A stretch of DNA of 62,438 nucleotides, filler included, from an uncultured bacterium (GCA_964449065.1; 17 parts of 17 records of this genome joined end to end with filler, not necessarily neighbours in it); one strand, 5' to 3'. Shown: positions 20,227-30,916, numbered from the whole stretch's first letter. Made by a program: numbers and translations. The notes: generated from the sequence alone by a model not told the origin.

Positions 20227-20967
20227 TTACCGGCGGATGCCAAAGTTTTTTACTTGCCATTCCGGCAGTACGCAAATTTCCAGTGTATCGAGTTGTTCAG
20301 GCAGTGAGCAGACATATTCCGCCAGTTCCGCGTAGGTTTCCGGCTCGGCATACCAATGGTCTTCCGGATGCGGGCGTCCACCCATGGTGTCAAAAAAGTT
20401 GGTTTCGGTCATTCCGGGGCAGATGAGATGAACATGGATGTTGTGCTCGTTCACTTCTTTCGCCAGGCAGTGTGAAAATCCGTTTAATGCCCATTTCGAC
20501 GCGAAGTATAACGAATGATCCCGCCGAAAGTATTTCGACGCGATGGATGATGTCATCACAATCCGCCCGCGCTTGGCAGCAATCATATTAGGCAAAGCGC
20601 GCTTGGTGCATAAGAAAACGCCGCGGCAGTTTACGGCCATGGTATGATCCCAGGCTTCTTCTTTGATATCCATCAAACTGCCGATGCCGGAGGTCCCGGC
20701 GTTGTTGCACAAAATGGTGGGGTTGCCGAATTGCGATTCGGTTTGATTAAACCAGCCGTCAACATCCTTTTCCCGTGAGACATCCGCATTAACGGCTAAC
20801 ACTTCGATTCCCTGCTCTGTTAATTTGGTTTCAGCCGTGTTCAACGCCTCTTGATTGCGGCCGCAGATGCTGATTTTGGCGCCGTGTTTCCCCATGCGTT
20901 CGGCCATAGCATAGCCGATGCCCTTGCTGCCGCCGCTGATCATGATGATTTCATCTTGCCAATTCAT
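20227..20967 (-). CDS. Short-chain dehydrogenase/reductase
   Basis: SGGSKGIG, NNAG, YFASK. Confidence 0.92.
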   Translation of the reverse strand: MNWQDEIIMISGGSKGIGYAMAERMGKHGAKISICGRNQEALNTAETKLTEQGIEVLAVNADVSREKDVDGWFNQTESQFGNPTILCNNAGTSGIGSLMDIKEEAWDHTMAVNCRGVFLCTKRALPNMIAAKRGRIVMTSSIASKYFRRDHSLYFASKWALNGFSHCLAKEVNEHNIHVHLICPGMTETNFFDTMGGRPHPEDHWYAEPETYAELAEYVCSLPEQLDTLEICVLPEWQVKNFGIRR

Positions 20968-20976
20968 AATTGCTCC

Positions 20977-21702
20977 TTAATACCCTTTGCGTTGGAAGGT
21001 TGTCATGTAGGTCAGTTCCGGCACATGCGCGTGCTGGGGCAGTGTGCACAAATACTCCGCCGCATGGGCCAGTTCTTCCGGCTGCAGCCAATCGATATCG
21101 ATATCGGGTTTGCCGATTTCATCGAAGATCGAGGTATCCGTAAATCCCGGACGAAGGGTATGCACTTTGATATTTTCATCCAACAGTTCCGGGCTGATAG
21201 AGCCGGAGAAGCCATCCAGTCCCCATTTGGTTGCTGTGTAGAGCGATATTCCCGCGGGCGATTCCAACCCGATTGTTGACGAAACGAAAATAATAATCCC
21301 CCCGCCGTTGTCAATCATGTGGGGCACAACCGCTTGGGTCATCAAAAATGGGCCTTTTAGGTTGATCTCAAATTGACGGTCCCACTCTTCCACGCTGGTA
21401 TCCAATATGTTGCCTGGGACATACGTTCCCGCATTGTTGATGAGAATATCGATTTTTCCGAATCGTTCTTTCACTTGTTTCACACAGTTTTCGATATCCT
21501 GCTTTTTAGAAGCATCGCATTGGACGGCCATGCTGGTGGGAGAAATCGCCAGCAGTTCTTTTTCCGCTTTCGCCAACGGTTCCGGGCTGCGGGCACAGAT
21601 GGCAACGTTGGCTTCTTTCTTGGCGAAATGGAAGGCAATGGCTTTGCCAATCCCCCGGCTGCCGCCGGTAATAAGTACCGATTTATTTTCTAAGGATTGC
21701 AT
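20977..21702 (-). CDS. Short-chain dehydrogenase/reductase
   Basis: TGGSRGIG, NNAG, YTATK. Confidence 0.92.
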   Translation of the reverse strand: MQSLENKSVLITGGSRGIGKAIAFHFAKKEANVAICARSPEPLAKAEKELLAISPTSMAVQCDASKKQDIENCVKQVKERFGKIDILINNAGTYVPGNILDTSVEEWDRQFEINLKGPFLMTQAVVPHMIDNGGGIIIFVSSTIGLESPAGISLYTATKWGLDGFSGSISPELLDENIKVHTLRPGFTDTSIFDEIGKPDIDIDWLQPEELAHAAEYLCTLPQHAHVPELTYMTTFQRKGY

Positions 21703-21710
21703 AGATGCCT

Positions 21711-22103
21711 CTACTTATTCTTGATCGTAGTAACAGCCCATTCGACTACCTTCTTTGCTGCGGCAACCGAACGTTTGTATTCTTCTTCTTCAATGTTACG
21801 CGATTCAACCGGATAACGGCCAATCGTCACATATTTTGATAGCTCAACCACATCATCAATATCAGCGAATATTTTGATGTTCTTTTGTTCCAGTAGATCT
21901 ATCAAATAGCCCAAATTATGAGTATAAGGAAATGAAATTCCGAAAAAAAGCAATGCCGCTTTAATTGCTTTTTCTGCCGCTTGCTGTGAATGGAAGCACA
22001 ATGTCTCGTACATTACACCGGGGATTCTATCTGAAGACGCCAGTTGTAAATCACTTTGAGCATACAGCAACCAATGTTCCGGGCTTCCATATTTAGGCGG
22101 CAT
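21711..22103 (-). CDS. HEPN-domain protein
   Basis: CFHSQQAAEKAIKA, THNL, RYP. Confidence 0.9.
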   Translation of the reverse strand: MPPKYGSPEHWLLYAQSDLQLASSDRIPGVMYETLCFHSQQAAEKAIKAALLFFGISFPYTHNLGYLIDLLEQKNIKIFADIDDVVELSKYVTIGRYPVESRNIEEEEYKRSVAAAKKVVEWAVTTIKNK

Positions 22104-22364
22104 ATAATTCTATACCCTCTTTTAACGCATTTTTATAGATTAATCCTGGATTGTTTTCATGCTCTTTTAAAGAACTTTCTGTCGTAACCACAAATTCCAA
22201 TGGAATACCGCTATACATCGTATACACATACAATTCCCCCATCAATTTGCTGCAATCCGCGCCGTCCGGCATCACCACCAGCAAATCATAATCGGAATGC
22301 TGATGGCGTTCTTGCCGCGCGGATGAGCCAAACAAAATAATCCGCTTGGGGTGAACGGCCTCCA
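22093..22364 (-). CDS. Minimal nucleotidyltransferase (MNT), 5' truncated
   Basis: LFGSSAR...SDYDLLVV. Confidence 0.85.
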
Positions 22365-22464
22365 NNNNNNNNNNNNNNNNNNNNNNNNNNNNNNNNNNNN
22401 NNNNNNNNTTAATTAATTAANNNNNNNNNNNNNNNNNNNNNNNNNNNNNNNNNNNNNNNNNNNN

Positions 22465-22991
22465 ATTGAAGCATCCATGCGGCATGGCACATCAAATTCA
22501 CCCTCTGCTATTTCCACTGATGAAAATCAGTGGCCCCATTGAAGCAATTCATTGTCAGTCAATCCGGTGTAATTGCCAGTCGATTTCCACTGATGAAAAT
22601 CAGTGGCCCCATTGAAGCAGTATCCTGCAAGATACGGAATAAGTCCCTAGCGGTTTATTTCCACTGATGAAAATCAGTGGCCCCATTGAAGCTGAACGGG
22701 ACGATTGATTCCAGGGAAGCCCAGCAACTTATTTCCACTGATGAAAATCAGTGGCCCCATTGAAGCGAAGCCGCTTTGATCCGGTGTGAGGATTTGAAAG
22801 AAGATTTCCACTGATGAAAATCAGTGGCCCCATTGAAGCAAAACGTATATTTGATAAACTAAATACTTCCATTGCAAAATTTCCACTGATGAAAATCAGT
22901 GGCCCCATTGAAGCGTGTCGATCCAGCGCACCCATTACCTCGCGCTTGTATTCTGATTTCCACTGATGAAAATCAGTGGCCCCATTGAAGC
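22465..22991 (+). CRISPR. CRISPR array, 36-bp repeat ATTTCCACTGATGAAAATCAGTGGCCCCATTGAAGC (type I-G/I-U-like); 7 full plus 1 partial repeat
   Basis: Identical repeats starting at 22510, 22583, 22657, 22731, 22804, 22879, 22956; spacers 37-41 bp; CCACTGAT-GAAA-ATCAGTGG hairpin; no cas genes in window. Confidence 0.97.
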
Positions 22992-23079
22992 TCATTTAAA
23001 AGAGTAAATTAGAGTTATTATTTTAAGGGAGTAAAATTTCAGACGTTGTCTCTACTTATTCTACGAGCATTTCTTTAGC

Positions 23080-23469
23080 CTAAAGGATTGTTTGCTCGGC
23101 GGTGTTTATGGCTGTATCGACATCGGTTTCTTCGATGTCCATCCATGATCCGGGATATCTTGTTTCGACTGCGTATGGTGTGAGTTGCCCCGCATCCTGC
23201 ACTGAACCAGGCAAATGAATGCCGTTGTCTTCTGCGATTTCCAATAATTCTTCGATGTCATGGGTTAATGGAAAATCAATGCCTTTTTTGAGAAGGACAG
23301 CTTTGATGGCTTTCTCCGCGGCTTGTTGTGTATGAAAACACACTTGTTCAACACAAATGGATTCATCGCTTGCCGCCAACCGGGCTAACCGGAGATCGCT
23401 TTCCGCGTGACTCATCCATTCTTCAGGGGAACCGGGAACTTGTTTCGGATGCTTAGGATTCATACACAA
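23080..23469 (-). CDS. HEPN-domain protein
   Basis: CFHTQQAAEKAIKA, THDI, YAVETRYP. Confidence 0.9.
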   Translation of the reverse strand: MCMNPKHPKQVPGSPEEWMSHAESDLRLARLAASDESICVEQVCFHTQQAAEKAIKAVLLKKGIDFPLTHDIEELLEIAEDNGIHLPGSVQDAGQLTPYAVETRYPGSWMDIEETDVDTAINTAEQTIL

Positions 23470-23800
23470 CTTTCCCTTTGTTCTGCGCTTCCCGGTAAAT
23501 CAATCCCGGCTGATCTTTGAGGCGTTCCCATTGCTGTTGGGGAACCACTAGAATATCCATGGGCATGGAAATCCCCCGCAGTTCCTTGCGGATGCGAACG
23601 CTTTCCTTGCGGGGATTGTTAATGTTGTCATGTGTGATGATGAGGAAATCGATATCACTATTGAGATTTGTATTATTTTCCACATACGAACCAAATAGAA
23701 TTAGTTTTAAAGGATTACACACTTCAATGATTTTTTGGATCGCTGCTTCAACCTTGTCGGGAGTGACTTGCCAAGGTTTGATTTCTTGTGTGGTGATCAT
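23453..23800 (-). CDS. Minimal nucleotidyltransferase (MNT)
   Basis: LILFGSY...SDIDFLII. Confidence 0.9.
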   Translation of the reverse strand: MITTQEIKPWQVTPDKVEAAIQKIIEVCNPLKLILFGSYVENNTNLNSDIDFLIITHDNINNPRKESVRIRKELRGISMPMDILVVPQQQWERLKDQPGLIYREAQNKGKVVYES

Positions 23801-24332
23801 GGTTTTGTTTCCTGTTATTCAAGCATCATTTTTCTTTCGCGAACGTGTATCATCGGTGTTGGAAAGGAAGTATTACCCCAATTGGTTCCTTTCCAAGGAT
23901 TATTCTAACCGATTTAAATGAACTTCCGAAGTTATTTTTTCATGCTGTTGAATTTACACATGTGTTACACAGAATCTTCATTTTAAATTTGCAGAATACA
24001 CCCCTCTGCGGATTCTGGTGATGTCGGCCGCCTGTTCCAGTGGAAAGCGGCCGGGGATTCCGGTGAAGCCAGCCAACCGGGTGGCACCGTCTTATCTGCT
24101 TATTTTTGTAACCGAATTAATTTCTTGATGGTATTGTGGTTTCCTTTGGCAAAGATGGGTTGCATGATCATCCCTCAACTGATATCAATTTATATATGCG
24201 CGTTTACGAGGGATAGAATTACCGAAAAAGGTAGGAAAAACAAGATTTTTCCTGCCTTATTCGAAAAAAGAGGTTTGATGAGTGATGGAAATATGCTGAT
24301 GTATAAAGGATAAATTGAAATATATGTCTAAA

Positions 24333-24443
24333 CTAGTACAGTGTCAACGATTTATTGACGGGTATCGATCCCCCCTAGCCCCCCTTAACAAGGGGGGAAC
24401 AACGGATTGCCAGCCGTCATTTTTTGCTTGAAAGACTACTTGT
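24333..24443. mobile_element. MITE family B (CTAG-TACAGTGTCAA...TTGACAGACTA-CTAG consensus)
   Basis: Copies at 32473-32584, 34074-34184 and 44940-45049 (reverse); internal CCCCCTT..AAGGGGG palindrome. Confidence 0.75.
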
Positions 24444-24816
24444 ATGCGCACTTATATAGCAGTCTTATCCGTCCTGTCCAACACGTGCGCTCAAAACCAT
24501 CTTTCGCAAAATAAAACGAATTACGTTCTGAAAAAAATTCTCTTTGTCTCCACTTTCACAATAAAGATTAAGTGGAGAACAATATCCAACAACTCACTCC
24601 TCATTAAGAGGTTTTCACCGGCCCCATTTTGGATCGAAAGGCACACACAGAAAAAAAGCCCGAACGAATTCCGGTCTTTTTCATGACAAATTAGAGCATT
24701 TCAGATTTGCGTAGACGTTTTGTAGGGGCACATTGCAATGTGCCCCTACAGCAAGTGCAATATCAATTCTCTGTCTATCCAACCTTGAATTGCTCTAATG
24801 ACAAACTTTCGATCCG

Positions 24817-25848
24817 CTAAAAAAGTTCCCAACTGGAAACGCTGGAATCGTCGCTGGCAAAATCCATCGAGAAGAAGATTGTACCATCAAATTGGGGGTT
24901 AGCGTTTTTACTGCCGTCCGACCAGCCGATCCATGCGCCCTCGTTATTCGCGGTTAGATTAACAATATCGCTAGGAATGGAGTCATCCACAATACCATCG
25001 CGGTCCATCATAGTTATGTCGAAGCCCATACCCGCACCGTTATTCATATCCGGTCCAAGATCAACTACATCGGTACTTGGATCCGGTTCAATGCCTTCCG
25101 CTAAAAAGTTTAACGGTGTAATCGCGGCTTCAAATGTTTTTGTATACGCTCCAAACGGTTCGTTTGGATCTTCTAACTCAAGGATAAATTCTGCTTCCGA
25201 AAAAGGAGGGGTGCCATCCGGTCCCAAAATAAATAGAGATTCATCCCAAAAGTTGCTAATGAAAAACATTGTCCCGCCGTCAACAATATTTCCGTTTTCA
25301 TCGGTTTCTTGACCGGCTGAACTTCCCGTCACGCCTCTATCCGGATCCGTCGCCCCAATCACATATTGCACATTCCCGGGATCGCCGTCATCTAAACCAA
25401 ACCCTAACGCGCCTGAATCCGAATTGTCATGCTCTATATAGATTTCATATCGGTCATAGAACCAAGGTGCCCCTGCCGGTTCAAAAGTTTCTGGGTTCAA
25501 CCATTTACTTAATTGAGTAACATTGACATCGTCAATCGACCAGCCGGAAATATACAATTTATTTTCACTATCATTCCAGCCCAACTGAAACCAGTTATCT
25601 TGTGTTCCAGTCGCGAACGACTCTTGTTGATACCCAAATCCTGCCAAATACACGTTAACGGACCGGGTTTCCAGTCCACCGGGCCAATCGCTTAAATCGC
25701 CGTCAACTGTAATGGGATCAATCTGCATGACCGTTGCTGTTTTGGGACTGGTTTGTCCTTCAGGATCTTCAGTAACCGGACTAATTTGTGCTATTACAAC
25801 TTGTGAAAATATCAACACCACTACCGCCAATAAATAACGCTTTCCCAT
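24817..25848 (-). CDS. Secreted protein with CBM9-like sugar-binding domain; C-terminus SSVSSWELF
   Basis: Signal peptide, ITVDGDLSDW, MGFDITMMDRD. Confidence 0.72.
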   Translation of the reverse strand: MGKRYLLAVVVLIFSQVVIAQISPVTEDPEGQTSPKTATVMQIDPITVDGDLSDWPGGLETRSVNVYLAGFGYQQESFATGTQDNWFQLGWNDSENKLYISGWSIDDVNVTQLSKWLNPETFEPAGAPWFYDRYEIYIEHDNSDSGALGFGLDDGDPGNVQYVIGATDPDRGVTGSSAGQETDENGNIVDGGTMFFISNFWDESLFILGPDGTPPFSEAEFILELEDPNEPFGAYTKTFEAAITPLNFLAEGIEPDPSTDVVDLGPDMNNGAGMGFDITMMDRDGIVDDSIPSDIVNLTANNEGAWIGWSDGSKNANPQFDGTIFFSMDFASDDSSVSSWELF

Positions 25849-26313
25849 GGCTACTCTCCTCTTTTCGCTTGTTTTTAAACAACATTCAATTCAGACTATT
25901 CAATTATGCAATTCTTATTCCAACAATTCAAGCGATATTTTAATATTTTTTTAACATTTCTTTTCATGACTCACGTTACGCACTACATTATGATATGCCC
26001 GTTTTTCTAATCGTTCGCTAAATCTATCGCCCTCGCCCACCGGGAGAGGGCCGGGGTGAGGGTTCGGGAGGAATANNNNNNNNNNNNNNNNNNNNNNNNN
26101 NNNNNNNNNNNNNNNNNNNTTAATTAATTAANNNNNNNNNNNNNNNNNNNNNNNNNNNNNNNNNNNNNNNNNNNNGTCCCTCTCCCGGTGGGCGAGGGCG
26201 ATAGATTCAGCGAACGATTAGAAAAACGGGTATATCATAATGTAGTGCGTAACATGAGATGATAAGAGTTTGAACATAGAATTGAGTTGAATCAAAAACA
26301 GGAGGTCGGGTTC

Positions 26314-27318
26314 GTGGTTGAAGCAGCTACATCCAACACAGATATTCAAGCGCTGACAGAAAAAATCAAAACCGAAAGCGCGTTCATTCCCCCCTTATTT
26401 CAAGAAGTGGAAAAAATCATCGTCGGCCAAAAGTATATGGTTGAGCGCCTGTTGATCGGCCTCTTAACCGGCGGTCATGTTCTCTTGGAAGGGGTTCCCG
26501 GACTGGCCAAAACGCTCACGGTCTCGTCGCTTTCCAAAACCATCAAAGCGTCCTTTCAACGTATACAGTTCACCCCCGATCTGCTCCCGGCCGATATCAT
26601 CGGAACCATGATCTACAACCAAAAAACCGGCGAGTTCATCCCCAAAAAAGGGCCGGTCTTTGCCAACATCATTCTGGCGGATGAAATCAACCGCGCCCCG
26701 GCAAAGGTGCAATCCGCCCTGCTTGAGGCCATGCAGGAAAAGCAGGTCACCATCGGGGATACCACCTATCCGCTGACCATGCCCTTTTTGGTGCTGGCAA
26801 CCCAAAACCCGATCGAACAAGAAGGAACCTATCCACTGCCGGAAGCCCAGGTTGACCGCTTTATGCTCAAACTCAAAGTCGGCTATCCATCCAAAATGGA
26901 AGAACGTGTCATCCTTGACCGTATGACCGGCGAACTGCCGCCCGAACCCTCTCCCTTGGTAGAGACGGATAAGATATTGCAAGCACAAAAAGTGGTACGT
27001 AACGTCTACGTTGATGAAAAAGTCCGCGATTACATTGTTGATATCGTATTCGCCACCCGCGAACCGGATGTTTACGGCTTGGATATCGCGCCATTGATTG
27101 AATTCGGCGCGTCTCCGCGTGCCACCATCTTCTTAACCGTCGCGGCCAAAGCGCACGCGTTCTTGCGGGGCCGGGGATACGTGACGCCGGAAGACGTAAA
27201 ATCCATCGGGATGGATGTACTGCGCCACCGCGTGATTCTCAGCTACGAAGCCGAAGCCGAAGAAAAAACACCCGAACAAGTCGTACAGCAAATCTTCGAT
27301 CACATCGAAGTACCGTAA
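26314..27318 (+). CDS. MoxR-family AAA+ ATPase
   Basis: LEGVPGLAKT, RIQFTPDLLPADI, DEINRAPAKVQSALLEAM, ATQNPIEQEGTYPLPEAQ. Confidence 0.95.
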   Translation: MVEAATSNTDIQALTEKIKTESAFIPPLFQEVEKIIVGQKYMVERLLIGLLTGGHVLLEGVPGLAKTLTVSSLSKTIKASFQRIQFTPDLLPADIIGTMIYNQKTGEFIPKKGPVFANIILADEINRAPAKVQSALLEAMQEKQVTIGDTTYPLTMPFLVLATQNPIEQEGTYPLPEAQVDRFMLKLKVGYPSKMEERVILDRMTGELPPEPSPLVETDKILQAQKVVRNVYVDEKVRDYIVDIVFATREPDVYGLDIAPLIEFGASPRATIFLTVAAKAHAFLRGRGYVTPEDVKSIGMDVLRHRVILSYEAEAEEKTPEQVVQQIFDHIEVP

Positions 27319-27352
27319 AACGAAACGAACTGAACGATACATTGAACCAAAT

Positions 27353-28246
27353 ATGAATGATCAGCCGTTAGTGTCCATCGTCGTCCGTACTTACAACCGG
27401 CCGGAACGCCTGCGCGAGTGTCTGCAAAGCCTGCGCGAGCAGCAATACCGCCCCCTCGAAATTGTGGTGGTAAACGATTCCGGTGAGGATGTGTTCACTA
27501 TTGTACAAGATGAACTCGACGATGTGATGTACAAATACATCTCCCACCGCGTCAATCTTGGCCGTACCGCCGGGCTCAATACGGGTGTGGAAGCGGCGAG
27601 TGGCGAATACATCAACTTTGTGGATGACGATGACGGCGTCTATCCCCATCACATCCAAACCCTTGTCAACGCCGCCATGCCAAACCGGCTGCCGGTCGTC
27701 TATTCCGATGTGCTCAATGTCACCTTTCAGCGCGATCCAAACACCAACGAGTGGAAGCGCGTGCAGGAACAACTCGTCTACTCGTTTGATTTTGAACGCG
27801 ATAATTTTCTATTGGCGAATTACATCCCGGTAACGTGTCTGCTCATTCGCCGCGACTGCTTCGATGCGGTCGGCCCCTTCGATGAATCGCTGCTGGTCTA
27901 TGAAGATTGGGAATACCTCATCCGCCTCTCACGCAAGTTTGAGTTCAAACACACCGCCGTTGTAACGGGCGAATACCGCCGGCGCGATGATAACTCCAAC
28001 CTCTGCGAGCAGGATGCATACATCGCCAACGAAAAAGTCGTAAAGCGCCGTTATCAGACCGACCGCGACGCCGTGTTTGATGGCATTTTTAAAAGCACCT
28101 TTCAACTCAAGCGTGAAATCCGCAACCGCATTCAGCAGTTGCAGCAACTCATGCAGCAATCAAACAACATACAGGCGCAATTGGCACAGGCATCCAATAA
28201 AATCCAAGGTTTGGAACAGCAAGTACAGCGTTTGCAAACAGGGTAA
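27353..28246 (+). CDS. Family 2 glycosyltransferase with C-terminal coiled coil
   Basis: VSIVVRTYNR, FVDDDD, YEDWE. Confidence 0.9.
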   Translation: MNDQPLVSIVVRTYNRPERLRECLQSLREQQYRPLEIVVVNDSGEDVFTIVQDELDDVMYKYISHRVNLGRTAGLNTGVEAASGEYINFVDDDDGVYPHHIQTLVNAAMPNRLPVVYSDVLNVTFQRDPNTNEWKRVQEQLVYSFDFERDNFLLANYIPVTCLLIRRDCFDAVGPFDESLLVYEDWEYLIRLSRKFEFKHTAVVTGEYRRRDDNSNLCEQDAYIANEKVVKRRYQTDRDAVFDGIFKSTFQLKREIRNRIQQLQQLMQQSNNIQAQLAQASNKIQGLEQQVQRLQTG

Positions 28247-28251
28247 GGAAC

Positions 28252-29127
28252 ATGATTCCAAGAGAATTGATTAAAAAAATTCATAAATTAGAAATCCGCA
28301 CCAACCGCATGGTCAACGATGTCTTGGCGGGCGAATACCATTCCGTTTTCAAAGGCCAAGGCGTCGAGTTTGAAGAGGTGCGCGAATACCAGGCAGGCGA
28401 CGATATCCGCACCATCGATTGGAACGTCACCGCCCGCATGGGCGAACCGTTCATCAAACGCTACCGCGAAGAACGCGAACTCACCGTCATGCTGCTGGTC
28501 GATGCTTCCGCTTCCAGCATGTTTGGTACCGCCGAAAAAATGAAAGGCGAACTCGCGGTTGAACTTTCCGCCCTCCTGGCGTTTTCCGCCATTAAAAATA
28601 ACGACCGGGTAGGCCTGCTCATCTTCACGGATGAAATCGAAAAATTCATCCCCCCCAAAAAAGGCAAAAAACACGTATTACGGCTTATCCGTGAACTGCT
28701 GGTTTTCGAACCCAAAGGCGGCCATACCAACATCAGCCAAGCGCTCGATCACGTCAATAAAATTCTGCACCGCAAAAGTGTGGTGTTTTTGATATCCGAT
28801 TTCATGAATCCTGATTTCAGCGATTCACTGCGCATCACCAACAACAAGCATGATTTAATATCGGTTAGCATCACCGACCCGCGTGAGGTCGAAATGCCGC
28901 CCATTGGCTTTTTAGAACTCGAAGACGCCGAAACCGGAGAAACCATCATCATCGACACCTATCATTCCAATATACGCAGGGGTTTCTCTGAAACCGCAAG
29001 CGAGGATTTTCAGAAATTAGAAGCGGAATTCAAACGCATGAAGGTGGATCATGTCCCGATCCGCACCGATCAGGATTATATCGACCCGTTAATTAAATTC
29101 TTTCACAAACGGGCCAGCCGATATTAA
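28252..29127 (+). CDS. DUF58 (VWA) protein, MoxR-associated
   Basis: EFEEVREYQAGDDIRTIDWNVTAR, DASAS, ISDF. Confidence 0.93.
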   Translation: MIPRELIKKIHKLEIRTNRMVNDVLAGEYHSVFKGQGVEFEEVREYQAGDDIRTIDWNVTARMGEPFIKRYREERELTVMLLVDASASSMFGTAEKMKGELAVELSALLAFSAIKNNDRVGLLIFTDEIEKFIPPKKGKKHVLRLIRELLVFEPKGGHTNISQALDHVNKILHRKSVVFLISDFMNPDFSDSLRITNNKHDLISVSITDPREVEMPPIGFLELEDAETGETIIIDTYHSNIRRGFSETASEDFQKLEAEFKRMKVDHVPIRTDQDYIDPLIKFFHKRASRY

Positions 29128-29260
29128 GCTTGTTTTAGGTGCAGGCATCCTGCCTGCAATCATGGAAATAACTTGTCGTTGTAGAATAGGTTTAAAGCGA
29201 ATCGAGCGAAATAAAATTTTTGAATGAGTACGGTTATCCCAATACGAATACGAAAGAACC

Positions 29261-29780
29261 ATGCTGAATCCTCTACATATATTGCTTGTATTATCAATTG
29301 CTCAAACCCAGGTCACCGGCCCGGCGGTCGCGCCGCCGCCCATTCCGCCGGATAAGGTCCCGCAGGTTGAAACCTCTGTCGATAAGAACGAGATGCTGAT
29401 CGGCGATCCATTCACGCTGACCATCAAAATCGTGCACGACCAATCCGTCGAAATTCTCTCCAAAGGCCGCGATTTCAATCTGGGGCAGTTTGAAATTTTG
29501 GATATCCAACCCGGTCTCAGCAGTACCGAACCCAACGGCCGGGTAACGACGGTTGATCAATACATTCTCTCCACCTACTTCACCGGTGAGTTTGAAATCC
29601 CGTCCATCACTATCCGCTATCAAACCGAAGACGGCCGCATCGGCAGCCTGCAAACCACCCCCATCAAAGTGACGGTCAACAGCCTCACACCGGAAGAATC
29701 CGAAAACCTGGAAATCAAAGACATCAAAGGCCCCGTTTTATTGGAGGGCAAAAGCTACTTGTGGATGGTATGGACCGTTT
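29261..29780 (+). CDS. BatD-like protein (3' truncated)
   Basis: SVDKNEMLIGDPFTLTI, IKDIKGP; position after DUF58. Confidence 0.7.
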
Positions 29781-30232
29781 NNNNNNNNNNNNNNNNNNNN
29801 NNNNNNNNNNNNNNNNNNNNNNNNTTAATTAATTAANNNNNNNNNNNNNNNNNNNNNNNNNNNNNNNNNNNNNNNNNNNNCAAGCGAAGTTTGCCTTTGC
29901 GTTTGTAGTATAAAGCGTTCAAGTAGGGAGTTGATTCTGATTTATAAAATTGAAATGGAACGTATTTGAGATTTACAGCAAGGGTAGACGAACAGCCTTA
30001 CCCTTGCCACCCGCCATTTCCAATTTGGATTGTTAACTAATAATCAAAGTGACTCAATAGATTGCTTCGATTGAATGCCAAGGAAGAGACCCCGCAATGA
30101 CAGTTGTTTCAATGATATTTCGATGATTCGTTGTGAACTTTTCTATATGAAAATGGTATAAATTTATTTATACAATATGAAACTATACCAATTATGTCTG
30201 ATTGGTCATTATTTTAGAGGGTAATCTTCAAT

Positions 30233-30661
30233 TCAAACCTTAAATCCATGATGGTAAATGATTTTTCTTTGAACCGGATGAAATAAGATGATATTTTTGA
30301 GAATGCGGTGAATTGTTGATTCTTCATGGTTCATGATTTCCACACACCATATCCCCACCCAAACACTGTTGTTGATAGACGTTTCCCTTTCATGTTCATT
30401 TTGTTTTGAACGAATGACATCCCGGTAGGCTGCTATGATGTCACTGTATCTACAATCTTTACCGAGAATAGAAACCGTTTGTTCGCTTATTTTTACATGA
30501 TTGATTTGCAGGAATACCGGAGAAAAGTATTGCTGCAAAAAATGGGGATCATAATGATAGGTATTTATCAACTCAGATTGTACGGTCTTGAGGTCATGGG
30601 TAAATTCTTCGTGGGCTTTGACAAAAACATCATAGTGACGATAGGAATGGATAAAGTCCAC
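30233..30661 (-). CDS. Hypothetical protein
   Basis: AT-rich 142-aa ORF. Confidence 0.5.
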   Translation of the reverse strand: MDFIHSYRHYDVFVKAHEEFTHDLKTVQSELINTYHYDPHFLQQYFSPVFLQINHVKISEQTVSILGKDCRYSDIIAAYRDVIRSKQNEHERETSINNSVWVGIWCVEIMNHEESTIHRILKNIILFHPVQRKIIYHHGFKV

Positions 30662-30679
30662 CGTACATACAAATCCTTA

Positions 30680-30850
30680 TCAGCTGGTTTTACCGGATTG
30701 AGTTACATGCAGTTTTGATGTTTCGGCTACAAACTCTTCTAGCTCATTTATGGTTTTCTGATGCTTGTTTTCCGCTTCAGCTTTTACTGTGCTGAGTATC
30801 TCTTCAGGAATATTTTGCTCGAATTTGATGGCTGTTTTATCTTTTGGCAT
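30680..30850 (-). CDS. Small hypothetical protein (MPKDKTAIKFEQNIP...)
   Basis: Manual translation, 56 aa, directly upstream of 30233-30661. Confidence 0.45.
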   Translation of the reverse strand: MPKDKTAIKFEQNIPEEILSTVKAEAENKHQKTINELEEFVAETSKLHVTQSGKTS

Positions 30851-30916
30851 ATCATTTATCCAGCTTTATTTTGTACCTAAAACTGTAGTTAAATTGTATG
30901 AATTGTCAATGGATTT

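Noticed and set aside
22729..22995. 88-aa ORF with repeated ASMGPLIFISGN
   Set aside because: Translation of CRISPR repeats
21711..23800. CRISPR array apparently flanked on both sides by MNT-HEPN pairs
   Set aside because: A contig linker (22365-22464) separates the left pair from the array
23990..24170. GC-rich structured-looking stretch resembling a riboswitch
   Set aside because: Does not match SAM, c-di-GMP, cobalamin or lysine consensus that I can verify; the minus strand reads like a decayed transposase-type N-terminus (MQPIFAKGNHNTIKKLIRL...LEQAADITRI). An Rfam scan would settle it
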